DNA of 64,000 nt from Lingula anatina (taxonomy: Eukaryota > Animalia > Brachiopoda). Below the pieces are notes generated by a model. It had not been told where the DNA came from, did not search any database, and saw only the letters and a list, made by a program, of their open reading frames with translations. Both the position numbers and the translations under genes were made by a program. The stretch lies in assembly GCA_051362555.1 (NCBI GenBank), contig CM120642.1, forward strand, positions 23,746,001-23,810,000, given 5' to 3'. This document shows positions 36,673 to 50,322 of this stretch, one piece after another (position 1 is the first letter of the stretch; each line of letters starts with the position of its first letter).

Positions 36673-38130
36673 ATGTTCAGATGGTTCTGGCCAAGGCAGG
36701 AGGAGCCACCAGAGGGTGCTTTACGCAAGCTGGGCTGGGGGGAAAGCCTATTTATTGGATTTAGCAAAATCTTCAAGGGTGGCCATTTAAAATTTACCCT
36801 ATTCATGAAAACCAAGGTTGACATCACTCATGAAACCATGTACAAGGCTTTAGTTCAGGCGGCTCGGAGACACCCTCTTCTAAAATCTAGGATCAGTTAC
36901 AAAGACGGGAAGTACTACTATGTTCCTATGTTAAACTGGGAAAGTAACCTGGAGTTGGAGACAACTGTAAGTGACGACTGGCAGGAAGCTTCTGCCAAAG
37001 GGTTTCGTAGAGGTTTTAACGACGAAATCGGACCTTTATGGCATGCTTACTTGGTCGAAATAACAAGAAAGGGACAACAGGACGATGACAGCGCCGATGC
37101 CAAACACCCCGAGACAAAGAGCTACGCCCTTGTCCTTATGTTCAATCATGCCATAATAGACGGGAAAAGCGCGGCCGTAGTTTTGAACGACATTGTTCAA
37201 AGTTTGAACTCGATAATTGATAATGTTCACAACTACAGCGCCGAGGAAGAGCTGAAAGTTGCCCCACCCCTTGAGAACGCCTTGCTTCCCGGAGTGCGTC
37301 CTGGCATATGGGATTATGTGAAAATATTCAAATTCCTACGTCAGTTCTTGTCAGCAGCTAAAAATCCGTACACTGAGCTTTATCCAGCACGTATTCTTAG
37401 AGAACCCGATGTTGACAACGATATAACTAAGATTATTGATTTCTCTGTACCTATAGACCCCCTTCTCCAGCGATGTCGGGCTGAGAAAGTCACCATTCAA
37501 GCGGCAGTGACGGCAGCTTCGTGTTTGGCCATGCTTGATCTGCTGCGTAAGAAAGCCCCAGAGACGGAGAGACTACCCGCGCCATCGAGTTACGTGGTAG
37601 ATTTTCGACGATTCTGCGAGCCAGTAATAGAACCTCAGTTCATGGGGTTTTATGCCATATCAAACACCATGCCGCCACTCAATGTTACAGGAAGTGTTAC
37701 AGACAGCAAGGCATTCTGGGACATTGCCAGAGAAGCGTCTGCTGAAATACGCCGATACATTTCAAATCCCAAGGAACCAATAAAAACATTCCGCGTGATG
37801 ACCCAACTTCTTAACTTTGAATCCCTTGGCAAGAAAATGAATGAAGCTAAGGATACTGGGTTGCGTAACGGAGAAGCTTTTGGTATTTCGAACATTGGTG
37901 ACATTGAACCCTTATTTCCCGCTGGAAGAGAGGGTGCCACTGTAGAAGCAACGAAGGTATTATGGGCTACAAATGGCGCCATGTTTTGTTCCCCCTTCTA
38001 TCATTATTTGTTGTCCATGAGGGGTTTTCTGGTTTGGAGCCTCAACTGGTATCCGAATATTTCCACGGAAGAGGAAGCAATGGCGTATGCAGAGAAAATT
38101 CAGGAAGCACTGAAGAGTGCTGTCGACTGA
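36673..38130 (+). CDS. CoA-dependent acyltransferase, condensation-domain/alcohol acetyltransferase/PapA5-like, single coding exon, 485 aa
   Basis: N-terminal RKLGWGE, RHPLLKSRI, GPLWHA, catalytic HxxxDG (NHAIIDG), CRAEKVTIQAA, VDFRRF and C-terminal ISNIG motifs; acceptor ttttag at 36621 just upstream of AAAATG; ATTAAA downstream. Confidence 0.88.
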   Translation: MFRWFWPRQEEPPEGALRKLGWGESLFIGFSKIFKGGHLKFTLFMKTKVDITHETMYKALVQAARRHPLLKSRISYKDGKYYYVPMLNWESNLELETTVSDDWQEASAKGFRRGFNDEIGPLWHAYLVEITRKGQQDDDSADAKHPETKSYALVLMFNHAIIDGKSAAVVLNDIVQSLNSIIDNVHNYSAEEELKVAPPLENALLPGVRPGIWDYVKIFKFLRQFLSAAKNPYTELYPARILREPDVDNDITKIIDFSVPIDPLLQRCRAEKVTIQAAVTAASCLAMLDLLRKKAPETERLPAPSSYVVDFRRFCEPVIEPQFMGFYAISNTMPPLNVTGSVTDSKAFWDIAREASAEIRRYISNPKEPIKTFRVMTQLLNFESLGKKMNEAKDTGLRNGEAFGISNIGDIEPLFPAGREGATVEATKVLWATNGAMFCSPFYHYLLSMRGFLVWSLNWYPNISTEEEAMAYAEKIQEALKSAVD

Positions 38131-39470
38131 TATTCCGTAGTTGCAACTTTAAAACATTAACGCTCGATTCATAGAAATGATGGATCTCCTCATTTTAATG
38201 TTGTACAAAAAGTATTAAGACGCATTAAAGAAAGAGGTTGCCTGATATTAGAACTGTTGGATAACATACAACTTACAGTAGGCCTATGTCTTATTTTATG
38301 CAAGGATGTATATATACAGTATATATATGTATGTAAGTGTGAAGAGGCATTGTAAAACGCTACGTCCTGATATCATTTACAGTCACCAAAAGACTTTAAA
38401 AATTATACCCTTTGTGTGTGAAACTGATATGCATATATAAACATGTATAATATATACCCGTAGGCCTACGTGTTTTAAAGAAACTACTTCCCATTGCTGT
38501 TACAGTGTATTACGAAGGCTAGATTTGTTAGGTGATTATGTACCTTTTCCATGCTTGCAGGATGTCCCAAGCTTATCATTAATTTATAAACCTTTGTAGT
38601 AAGAAGATGAGTTTCACTCTGAGTTTCCTCGTTCACTTTTCCGTGTTCCGTCGTCAAACTGACTGTTAAACTGATAGCCCGTAGGCCAGTATAGTCTATA
38701 CTTCCCCCCTTTAGCTAATTTCATTCATGTGCTTCATGTGCTTTTCTGATAGTTTAGCCCTTTGTCTGAGGTGGATAAAGAGTAAGTAGTGCTGGTCACT
38801 GATACTGGTATTGCTCATTAAAATGTAGTGTATAATTTCTAATGTGATTTCTGTAAAGTTGCGAATGATTTGAATTATTTCTTATTGGAAGTGTAGAATG
38901 TGGATAATTACGTAGAGTAGCCCCTAAAGCCGATGTAGTTATGATCCATATATTTCTATTGAAGATTTAACCTCTTTAAAGCCAGTTTGGACCTTTTTGA
39001 TTGCCTAAAATAAAAAAAGTGGGAAATGACTTGGGATTCATTGATGTACGTGTTCTGTCCTCTAAAGGTCAGGTGTAAACATATTTTAAAATAATTTAAA
39101 ATATGTTACTCCAAATAACTAAATGCGTTTGCAAATTTCTCTTTGATAAAATTTGAATTAAAGTATTGTTTAAAACAATTCTTGAGGTATTTTCGTAAAG
39201 CTGAATACACAAACTCAGAAGAAAGCATTAGTGGACAAGTATGCGTACGCGTATTCCCATAAAAAGGAGCAAAACCTTGCCGATGCTGGTAGTAATTATT
39301 CTGTTCGCGGTTTTTGCTTATCAACACGCCTTTGTTACGAAGAGAAAAAGTTGTCAAAATTCAGATGTGACAAACGCATCAAAGGATACTATTCATGAAG
39401 ATATGAAGCAGAAGAATAGGAAGCCAGAGTCTGAAAGTTGTGCACCTGATTACCCTATCCATCTCCATCC

Positions 39471-39473
<3 letters not shown>

Positions 39474-39536
<63 letters not shown>

Positions 39537-39541
39537 GTGTG
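39474..39541. repeat. Compound (CT)n(GT)n microsatellite
   Basis: Seen directly. Confidence 0.95.
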
Positions 39542-41165
39542 TTGGTGAATTTTCCGTGCATGCGGAAATATGGTAGCATTTGCTCATCGACGCTCTCCAT
39601 TTGCACTTGTAGTCTGCGGCGGTGGCCAATTGTGCTAGTTGAGACACACTGGTTGTGATCACCGGTTTTTCTGGCAATTTGTTGTCACCCGAATGTGATC
39701 CAGAACGCAACAAAACAATTTTTGTGCTGTGCATTTTTCTATAGATATCACCAAATCTGCTCTTATGAATCACGCTTTTTGACGGGAGTTGGTTTTAGTT
39801 TACCCCTCTTGCAGCATGTTAATTGTGGGTGGTGACTTATGCAACTTGCAAAATTACCTCGTGAGTCGTGAAAGGATAGACATAATAGGCATGGAACAAA
39901 AGGTCTCATATTGGCAACTTGAGCCTTGATCCTGCGATTTAACATGACAATACACCAAAGATAACAAATATTCCCCAGACTAGTTATATCAGCGATTTGC
40001 AGATAAGTGGTTTTGCCTTAGTAATTTTTCATTGATTGTAAAATTTCTTTTAAGTTTACTTTAAAATTAGATCACGTGACCACGTCAACCGCGCGTCCCT
40101 TGAAACCTGCAAGCTGGCAATGCAGTAATAAAATAGTCTGTGCTATTTCCACTCACAATGACAAAAGCATGTTCACAAATAGAATGAATCAGATGAAAGC
40201 GCTTGCAGTCCTGTGAAGGCGTTTATGTGTTGTGACCTCGACCAGGGTTCAGGGAAAGCAACGTGAACATCATGACCACCTGAAAGAGCTGCAATTGGTT
40301 TACGATGACAGACAAATGAAATATTAACCCAGTAATGTGGCTGTCGTTTTTTGTCATTACTAGGAGACGCGCATTGACGAAAAACGTGATCAAGTAAAGA
40401 TTCAACAGTGAAAACCCGCACAATATGCAACAATGGATGGAGCACAAAGACATCTTGGTAAGTGAATTGTTTTATAGTCGCTTCATTTCAGCTGATGGTA
40501 ATGATCGTCTATTACTGGTGCGGTATATCCTGGCGCTTCTTTTAAACCATATTGTCTGGCAATTTTTATCTTCTTTAATTTTGGGTATTTTCATCGCAGT
40601 ATCTTTACTTAGTACTATACTTTTGTGTATTTCTTTTCCTTTTCGTATCGACCAGGATTAATAAGTCATAGTTATTATCTCTTTCTCTTAATTATGTACA
40701 TGCTCATTTGGATAGGCCGAGGTACAAATGAACTTCGATCATTCAATAAACCAAACAGACTGGACTAGACAAGTTATATCAGTTCCTTTGAGCTTCAATA
40801 AAGAGGCATCAAAGGTAACGGATAGATTTATCGTCTTTGCGCAACCAGCGTGATGCGTACCTGAACGACACAGACGAGTGTCTACATATCTTGTAATACA
40901 TGTGCACGCCGTCTTATGAGAACATTTCTGTTGCATAACAAACATGGTGCTATTCGTATTTTATCTGATGAGTTGAGTTCCTCCACTGAGGATGATTTTC
41001 CTGTATTTTATGATCTACTTTTCGTACATTCCGTATTGTGGTCATTTTATCTTGCTGCAGGCGCACTGGGTGCGTATCCCTTAACGGTGGCAAGCTTAAA
41101 TCACAAACAAACAATTACTAACCAGAAAAACTAGTCATGGTTGTTTAACTAAAAAACTTTTTTTT

Positions 41166-41196
<31 letters not shown>

Positions 41197-44100
41197 TTTA
41201 ATTTTTGATGGCGCAAATATTTTTTTGAGATTCTTTCGTTCACCAATGATTGTTATTAGGCCAATCAAAATAGCTGAAAAAATATAGTGGTTGACTGAAA
41301 ATTTAAAATTCATTTTGAGTGGTAGGAATGTCTTTTTCAAAACGCCATAATAACGAATGTTGTTTTTTATACACAGTGTGTTTAGTTCAATACGAAGTTT
41401 TCTGTAAAAGCAAAAAGTCCCATGAAGTGTATAAAAGTGAACAAACACATATGTACAGATAAGTCCAATTCTTTCATTTTCCAATACAGTACAACTGATG
41501 CACGTGGCATACTTAAAAGACATTTTTTTGCGGTAAGTTTCAAAATGTGCACATCCGGAGTCAAAATATATACTTTTAACATTAAATCTATAAATAAAAC
41601 TTTGACACAGTCATTTTTAGACATAACCTTTACTTGGCAATTTTTACACGAAAACTTATATCATGACCGGAAGAAGATAATTGCCAACCATAGCAAAGTA
41701 AATCTTATTCCACACTATCATAATGCCATTATGCTAACAGTACAATTTACAGACTACCTGTAGCGGCATCAAGAACAACAATTTCCAGTTTCTGAAAATC
41801 ATGTTGAGATGACAGTCGCCTTGTATTTTAACAATGACCAAATTTGCCTGCGATTATCCCTGATAATCTCACGCCAACATTCTCTCCCTTTGGTGTGTAA
41901 CGTTAAAATACAGAACCTTTGTGGCAATATTCAAGAAACCTCATGGAATTTGTTTTGATCTCTTTGTCGATTATGTCTTGATATGAGGACATGTCTAACT
42001 CCAAATGGCGACCTTTGACCTTTGATAATAAGATTGGTTAAAATGTATCATTGTTTTTACCAAGATGATGATACCACAAAACTATATAGCAGGGATTTGC
42101 CCAATGCATTTTAAAAGATGTCTCAAATTGAAGCAAATCTTCAGCCATGAGGATGATATACATGTATATTACGACTGGCCAGGTTGATCTTTCTTCACTT
42201 TGTCATGCCATGTCTCCAACATCTGTTTCTCTTTCTTTAATGTCCCTCGTTAATTACCGTAAACGGTCAGTTTTAAGGAAACGCGCTCTGGTCTTTCCTC
42301 ACATAATTTTTGGATGGATGCAATTACATAATCTTAATGTGATATATGTGTGATTGCATCATGTCTTCAAGCATTTGTGTATTTGATCTTTAAGGGATCC
42401 ACTACAAGTCCAAATTAACACGTGGCAAGATTAAGTGTCGGTCCAATAAGTATTAATAGTTTTGCTTTATTTTGTTTCTTAGTAATTAACTTGATGCTGC
42501 AGTCAGTGATTACTCAGTGACCAGGATTAGATCGCATAATTTTCAGTTGATTTTGTTTTTTTAAATATGTTCCGTGAGTGCAATTTTTTCAGTCTAAACG
42601 AGCGTAGTTAGTTTGTTCTTTCTTGCGTAGAACTCCGCTATAGACTAACATGTATACGTAATGCGATAACCTACATTTCTTGTCTAAGGGATTTTTTTTG
42701 TCGCGCATTGGCTTTTCACCTATGTGGTGGGCATTAGCTACAAGGTACCATGCATATTTAACACTGTATACTATTATATTATTTCCCATAAGTTCAATTT
42801 GTGCTATACTTATACCTGTTAATCTATAATCTATCTTCCTCAATGTCTTTGCAATTTCACTTCCTTATTGGAATAATTCGTGTTGCACTACACACGTGTT
42901 TATATTATAATATCTTATTTAGCCTTTTGATAAATATTGTAAATTCCATCGCCGGTCTGCTTCTTGTTTTCCTTCTTTTCCTCTTTAGTACATGTTAACC
43001 AGGAAAATCATAAATTAGATTTTAATGGGTAATTAATACAAATTATCATTTGCTATTTTTGAAAACTTATAATACGATAATTATAAAAAAAGTCCTTGTG
43101 CTTTCAACAGCTATTGTTCGGAGGTATTTAGAAAATGCAGATAAATCATGCGTTTCATATTCAGGTTTTCATATTTTTCTACTGACTATTCTCTCTTTTT
43201 CTGTCTGATCAACTGGACTCTTTCATGTTTGACCAGAGCAGAGACGAACATCTGTTATTATACTCTGATAATTTTATTACCGACTCTTTTTGTGGACGTC
43301 TTGGTAAATATACGTGCATAGAAATATAAATATCGATATTTTCAGACTGAAATAAAATTGCAATAATTCTGATGGGAAATTTCATCATGTCATCCTCACA
43401 AATAACCCTAGCAAACTTTTAATTGTATAATTAAGTGCAGCTCTGTAAATATGTCTCATTGTGCAGTTAACGATAAACTTACTTCTGAATTTTTCACTGT
43501 CATACAGTGTATCAAAGATATGATTTAGATAGTTACATTAAGTATTTACACACCTTAACAACTAACACGTGACAATTATAGGACAAAATGAGAAACGGTG
43601 TATTCATTCATGCATCCATTTATCATATAGCCAAATAAATCAAATAAACACAAAAATGTCACAAATACATACATTAGATAACTAGTCGTGGATAGCAAAA
43701 TGATAATTTCTCATAAAGTCAGTTAAGCTGTATTTTTCAAAATTCTCAACTGAGTGTACAGTGACAGAGAGAACTTACATGTATATCAGCCAATGGAGTG
43801 CACTGTAGCAGTAGTAGTATGGATTATTCATTCGTATTGAAGGCTACGTGTATGCAGTGCAATGTTGAGTAGCCTTCTCAACAACTACTCAGATGAACTT
43901 ACATGTTCAAAGTCAGTTATACGTAGTTTTTTTATCTATATCCGTATTTTTTGGCTCCTTTATCTCAAATTATCGAAAACATTCACACTATCAAGTGAAC
44001 AATATCGATGGAAATATCGATATTTATAATATTTCTATGCAACATGGGATATTGATTGTTCGAGAATTTTATTTGATAACCCTACTAAGACATTTTCTTG

Positions 44101-47100
44101 GAAAATTACTTTGACGTTGTACCAAATTATTGCCATTTTTAAATGTTATGATCATTAGGATTAAAATGTATTTCTGTCAGAGATACAATGGTGCTTTTCA
44201 TTTTATTCTGCTTGCATTTGAGGCGGTGTATTTACAATATGTCCTTTTTTCAAGTATATTTACCTTCTTCCTTTATGGTAAGTAACTATAAACCTTGCAA
44301 ATGTAATTATATTTTTTCTTTGACAGACATGTTAAATTTAAGAAAGTACACAAATTATAAAAAGTAGCTTTGCAGGAATTTTTTAGTAATTCTCGGCCAA
44401 TTTTTGCTGAGATTCGTCATATTAATTTTGTTGGATTATTCTAGAGAGGCATTCATTATTGAGTGATTTAGCCAATGAAATATTAATAATTCACTCCACA
44501 GTTTCTAAAATATTCAGTGAAATACATGTATGCAATACAGTTGTTTACAATACAATCTTACTTCCAAAACACACTATTAACGTAGATGAAAAAAGCATAT
44601 ATATTCCAAACATAAAGAAGACTCTTCACTGTTCTTAATGAATCTTAAATCTAATGATTTGATGGCAATGTGATCTATGATTAACGTTTTTTTTTTAAGT
44701 GCAAGTAATAATCTCTCGCTGTATACACGTTGTGGTAGAAAATGCACCGAGTAACCTCGGTCGTGTCAGCGTCAGCGGTACGCCTGTCCCCTGCGGCCCT
44801 TGCGGGCTACGCTATTTACATCATCAAATACCTCTTCTGTCACGCAACGGGAGAGATTTAGATTGGGGAGGGGGGGGAGAGACAGAGAGAAGGAGGAAGG
44901 ATGGGTAGAGGAAGCAGACAGTGACACGCAGAGAGAGAGAGAGAGAGAGAGAAACATAGAAGCGTTGGCAGTTATGAGGTTATTTTTGTTTTTACTCATT
45001 GAATTGAAAAATATATTTTCTGTTATGTATACAATAATTAGTGATGGTTGTCAGTGTTTGTGGTTAAAAAAACTCAAGTGCTATTTACCTAGAATTCATG
45101 AATGTCCTCTCATCATATGTCGCTAGACATAAATATTACAGATAATTTTTCCTCCCGCCATCGGGATATAAGTGATTGACGCGAGGTGTTACCTGTCAGT
45201 GTCAAATGTCGCTACCTACTGCCCTTGATGTCTGAAATAATTTTAAATTTATCTCTGCACGTTATATGTTGTGACCCATATGTTAGGTCCACAACCATAT
45301 TTTTTTATCAAAACGAAAATTGACCCATAGTTCAGCGCATTATTCCAAAAACAGAAAGACCAAAGTCATTAAATATCTATTAATAGCCGAATAATGTACA
45401 TTGTTTTCGTCTTAATAATTGTTTTCATTCATATTGGTCCCTATCGGAGAAACAGCCAGGTGGAGTCGTGCCCCAGCTCTGTGTCTGTGTATAAAAATCT
45501 CCAAAGATACCAACGGTTGGGATGACTTTTTCATCTGCCGCAAGAGAACTTTAGTAATCAATGCTAACATGAGGGAAAATAGTATTTTATTCATTATATT
45601 TATCAAAATCCAATGTCACAACAAATAATGATTAACTGACGCATGTGACATAACATATTATGCAGTAATGATATATATCATTCCATCACGCGACTAAAAA
45701 CAGAAACGGCTCATAAATCCCTATCGTTTGCCTAGCTTCTGCTTCAGTCGTTTGACCTAGATAAAAAAATGCACCGAGTGAACCCTTGCGTGATTTCGTG
45801 CCGATCTATTAACGTTGTACTTGACTATACCGCAGAGGACGTACTGAAACACCTTGTTACCGCCGCTCCAGGCCATACAAAATAACTTAGTTTTTGGAGA
45901 TTTTATACTGCAATAGAAAAGGGTATTCCAATCACAGGGGCGAACGGTGTCTTGTATTGTTTGGTGCTGCATAATCCGTGTTTAGGTGAACGTGGCATCG
46001 CGCTTATGTCTACGTTTCGTTTGACTAAATGCGTAGGCGTTGACTCTCTAGAAAAAAAAGCATGTTTGTAAATTGGCATGGATGCCATATGTTTTTACAT
46101 ACTGCACTCATGTACTGAGACATACGCAGAGTTTAAGGTGTGCACAGAATTTTTTGTCTCTGAACGCGCTCGATATCTGTCAATATGTAACGACCTCACT
46201 TAATTTTGCATATCTTGTTTTTGCCCAAGTATATCCTCATTCTAAAGAGAAATCACATGGAAATATTTTACATAGAAATATTTTGGTTGGTGAATAGAGT
46301 TTAATTATAAGTTTTAATTTCCTTTTTTTTCTCTCTCTCACATTTTGTACTAAAGCTCAAGCAAAACTCAAAATTTTGAGTTTTCTGTGCATATTCGATG
46401 ACAACATAGAATACTTTTGAGTTTTATTTAGCGTTTTAAAACCCAGCTGTCCTCCCAACTGTTTTGCAAGATATGAGTTTATAAAATATAGGAAAAGACC
46501 TTTTCGAAAGGAAGCGAATGGTATGCAATTTCTTTTATACAAAAATGAATTCAACAGTAAAATCAATCTGCAATGCAATTATGATTATATGTCTATACCC
46601 CTGCCAAGATTAATTTTTTCAAACTGTTAATATAGCCATCTGTATATTGGTATTGAACTACAGAATGGGAGTGATTCACTTGATTTTTATTAGATATATG
46701 TATCAGATCTTTCCCATTTATGTGATTATTTACTCCCCAACCACATGTTGACCCGGATAGCAAATTTCCTATTTTTTACAACAAAGATGAAGGTAGCTCT
46801 CTTTCCGAGAAATGCATGGTCTACTACATTTAGTTTTTCAAGGAGTATACTTATTTTTCAGAATATGTGCACGTCATACACACGCCCATAGACTGCTACA
46901 TGTTCAATTATTATTTAAAGAATACACACTCAAATAAAATATGATCCATATTTTTTTAATTCGAATCAATAGTAATGGTGTCCTATTAGTGTAAACATTT
47001 TTTATTTCTGAATGAAAAAAATATTCACATTTGATAGTCTGAATAAGTGAGAAACAAGTACTTACCTGGTCCTACCCTCACTAAAGATACGAAGCATGTT

Positions 47101-47613
47101 TGAGAGACGAAAAAAGTGAAACCAAATAATTTATTTATGCTTATTTGTATTTATTTCTGAATTTTATGCAATGAAAATGTATGATTCATGAATAATTTAT
47201 GCTATACAAATGCAAGAGATACACGCTAAGAAATAACAATTTGATTGTTTTAGCATAATTATGCAGTGCAGTGATAAATAAATGAATAAATAAATACGTC
47301 AAAAATTGGTAGAGAACAAACCACATATGCGCAAAATGGCCCATACCTGTATATCATGAAACCCCAAAAAACATAAACTTACTTATCTATCGAATACTTT
47401 TTTCTCAAAATGTACGTCTTAAGATTTTTAATCCAGTTTAGGACTTTTCTCACACCAAAGGAACATGATGCATTTTCCTTCATAAATTGTATCCTGTATC
47501 CTTTTTCAAACAAACAAAATTATACCTTAAAATTTGAATAACAAATTTTGCGTGTCTCAAACTATATATTATAATTTGAAAAGTTTATATCTAAGAGCTT
47601 TATTACCTCTCAT

Positions 47614-47615
<2 letters not shown>

Positions 47616-47651
<36 letters not shown>
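47616..47651. repeat. (CA)n microsatellite
   Basis: Seen directly. Confidence 0.95.
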
Positions 47652-47653
<2 letters not shown>

Positions 47654-48904
47654 CAATTTGAATCAAATCTGAGATATGGAACAAACTGAGCAGCTATCAA
47701 TCACTTTGCTTGGCAACAATGATCCTCCAGCCACTCCTCTCTCCTCAAACGAGTTCATCGATTTCAAACTGTTTCATTAGCCATGGACCAGTACCAGTAT
47801 ATCATGCCCTGTCCCCACTCTAATGACTGTCCCTCCCTTTCCCTTAAGTTCATTCCGTTCATAATTATATTCCGATATATTCTTTGATTGAGTCATTTCC
47901 GAGACATGCAAAAAGCATGTCTGACAAAAACGCTTGGGTTCAGTTGGAGTCAGGTTTAATGAGTGCAAACTGGTCGGGACATGTCGACTCAGGTGTCCTA
48001 GGCTGAGAGGTCAACCTATAAAAACCAGGGTGTCTGGGGAACGGAGATAAGCTTAGAATTATTGGGGATGCTTAGTTGTATGCCCTAAGTAAAATTGGTC
48101 ATTTTCCTTTTGTGTTTTTTATGCAAGTGAATTAATTGGATGCCAAGAAAATACTGTAAGATGAGATGATACTTGCAATTAAAGCAAGGTTAACTATGAA
48201 AAAGAAAAAAAAAAACAATGCAAAAAAAAAATTGTTTGTCAAATGTGAAGCACCGAGGAAATGTGCCGTGAACATATATTCTATGGTCTTTTGTACCAAC
48301 AGCTTTCAATAAAGAAATAAAGAAATGCTTTTAAGAGCCATTCCACGAAGGGTTCCACTTTCGAAAAAAAACCTGTCGCAGTCTATTTTCAGCAATAAAC
48401 GTGTATGGAATATTGCAATTTTCAGTGTTTTACAATGAGATTGTTGTTGGTGACATGCCAAATTATCCAAAATGTCAACAATAGAGATCCCAAGTGTTCT
48501 CTTTATTAAAAAAAAAGCAATTCACAGTAGAACTCACCTTGACGGGGATCCTGAGCGTCTATATGCCACGAAAAGCACAATTATGTCGTGTTGCTTTAGT
48601 AATATAGTTAATATGAGGCAAGAAATCTTTTATACGTTTCCACCTTTTTTGCGTTGTTTGTCCTTATTTAATTTGCATACATGTTTCTTTTTGTTAAACC
48701 TGGTAAATAAATCAGCAACCCCTCACCTCCGAAACATTTTAAAAATAAAGATAAGAAAAGTCATAATGCTTATGAATGACATTTTTGTCCTTTTCTTTAA
48801 TTCATAAAACATTTACTTAAAAAAATAGTGGTACTTTTTCATTATATACAATGTGTACACACCATACAGAATGTTATAAACAGAAGTTGAGATGTTACAT
48901 TTCA

Positions 48905-50322
48905 GAGCCTAATTTGAAAAAAAAAACTTAGACAGTTAAAATGTTCATTTCTGATGGCAAATGATCAACTCCTTTCTAAAAAAATTCTCAATTGATCAGC
49001 AAGTGGATCCTGGGAATATTACTTAATTAAGAATGCATGAAGTAAAAAGAACTTTCGACCCATGGCATGATTGAAAGACATGTATAACCCAATAATGCTA
49101 TTACCTAACATCCGTACCGAAAAATAGTATACTGCGTTTACACTTACATTATTATTTCTTTAATAGAGAAGTAACGGTGTGGGTAAAAAAAATCTCTGTT
49201 ACTATCTGAATATATTTTCTGAAGAAAAATATAAAAAAGCTATATTTTTGCACTTCTTGTTTTGGAATTGAAACCTTTTTCTTGGAATATCCGTTAACCG
49301 TTATCTTTCCTTTATCACCAGCTAAATTTATTCCTTTGTATACTCACAGAGCCTAACCTCAGTTATTTGCAAAAAAAAAAAAAACTGTAGACAGTCAGTA
49401 TGCTCATTTCTGATGGCAGAGGATCAACTACTTTCTAAAACAAATTCTCAATTGTTCAGCAAGTGGACCCTGCGAATAATACCTAATTAAGAATGCATAC
49501 CACCTATTTTTGTTACCTCCTTTACAAAAATTATGAATTGCAAAAAAATTTACTCTAGCCCCTTATTAATTTAACTTGCGCATCTGTAAGTATACACGAA
49601 TGCTGCTTCCAAAGTTAGCTTTTATCTAAAAGCTATGGTATCATTTTAACTTGACCTCCGTTACGAAATTGCAATTTTTTCACCTGCAAATTAGATGTGT
49701 CCTGCTGATTGAATAAGGTCTGTTTCATACTTTATTGATAGGACTATATACAAAAACATTTCTTATGACATTAAAACATGTCCGTCCCCAGTGATTTCTA
49801 AAATATTAAAATTATAATATTACAAGTTTTGTTTTCTTATTATAAGTGTGACTTAATACCAAAATGTTTGCACCGTAATTCTTATACGTTGGACAGTAAA
49901 TCCAAAGGTGGCAATAATATTTTCTGACACATACAGAATCTTAGTTAAATAAGTAAAAAAGAACTTTAGACCCGTGGCATAATTGAAATACACGTATAAC
50001 CCAATAATAATATTGCTTAACATCCGTAACGAAAAAAATAGTATACTTCGTTTACACGTACATTTTTTTAATAGAAGTAATGATGTGGGTAAAGCATCTC
50101 TGTTACTCTCTGAATACATTTTCTTTAGAAAGATATTTAAAAAGTTTCCCAGTTTTGCAAAGTTCATATTTAGACAAATATAAAAAAAGTTCATATTTTT
50201 GCATTTCTCGTTTTGGATTTGAAACCTTTTTCGTGGAATGTCCGTTAAACGAACATTGCCACGCTTTACACCGTAATCTTTCTTTTATCACCAACTAAAT
50301 TTATTCCTTTGTTTACTCACAG
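48905..50322. repeat. Diverged local duplication (A-B-A'-spacer-B')
   Basis: 48905-49038 resembles 49348-49498; 49040-49349 resembles 49950-50322. Confidence 0.75.

Noticed and set aside
39379-39773. ORFs with HTHT, ERER or VCVC runs (also at 20408, 35819 and 56695-57052)
   Set aside because: Translations of microsatellites.
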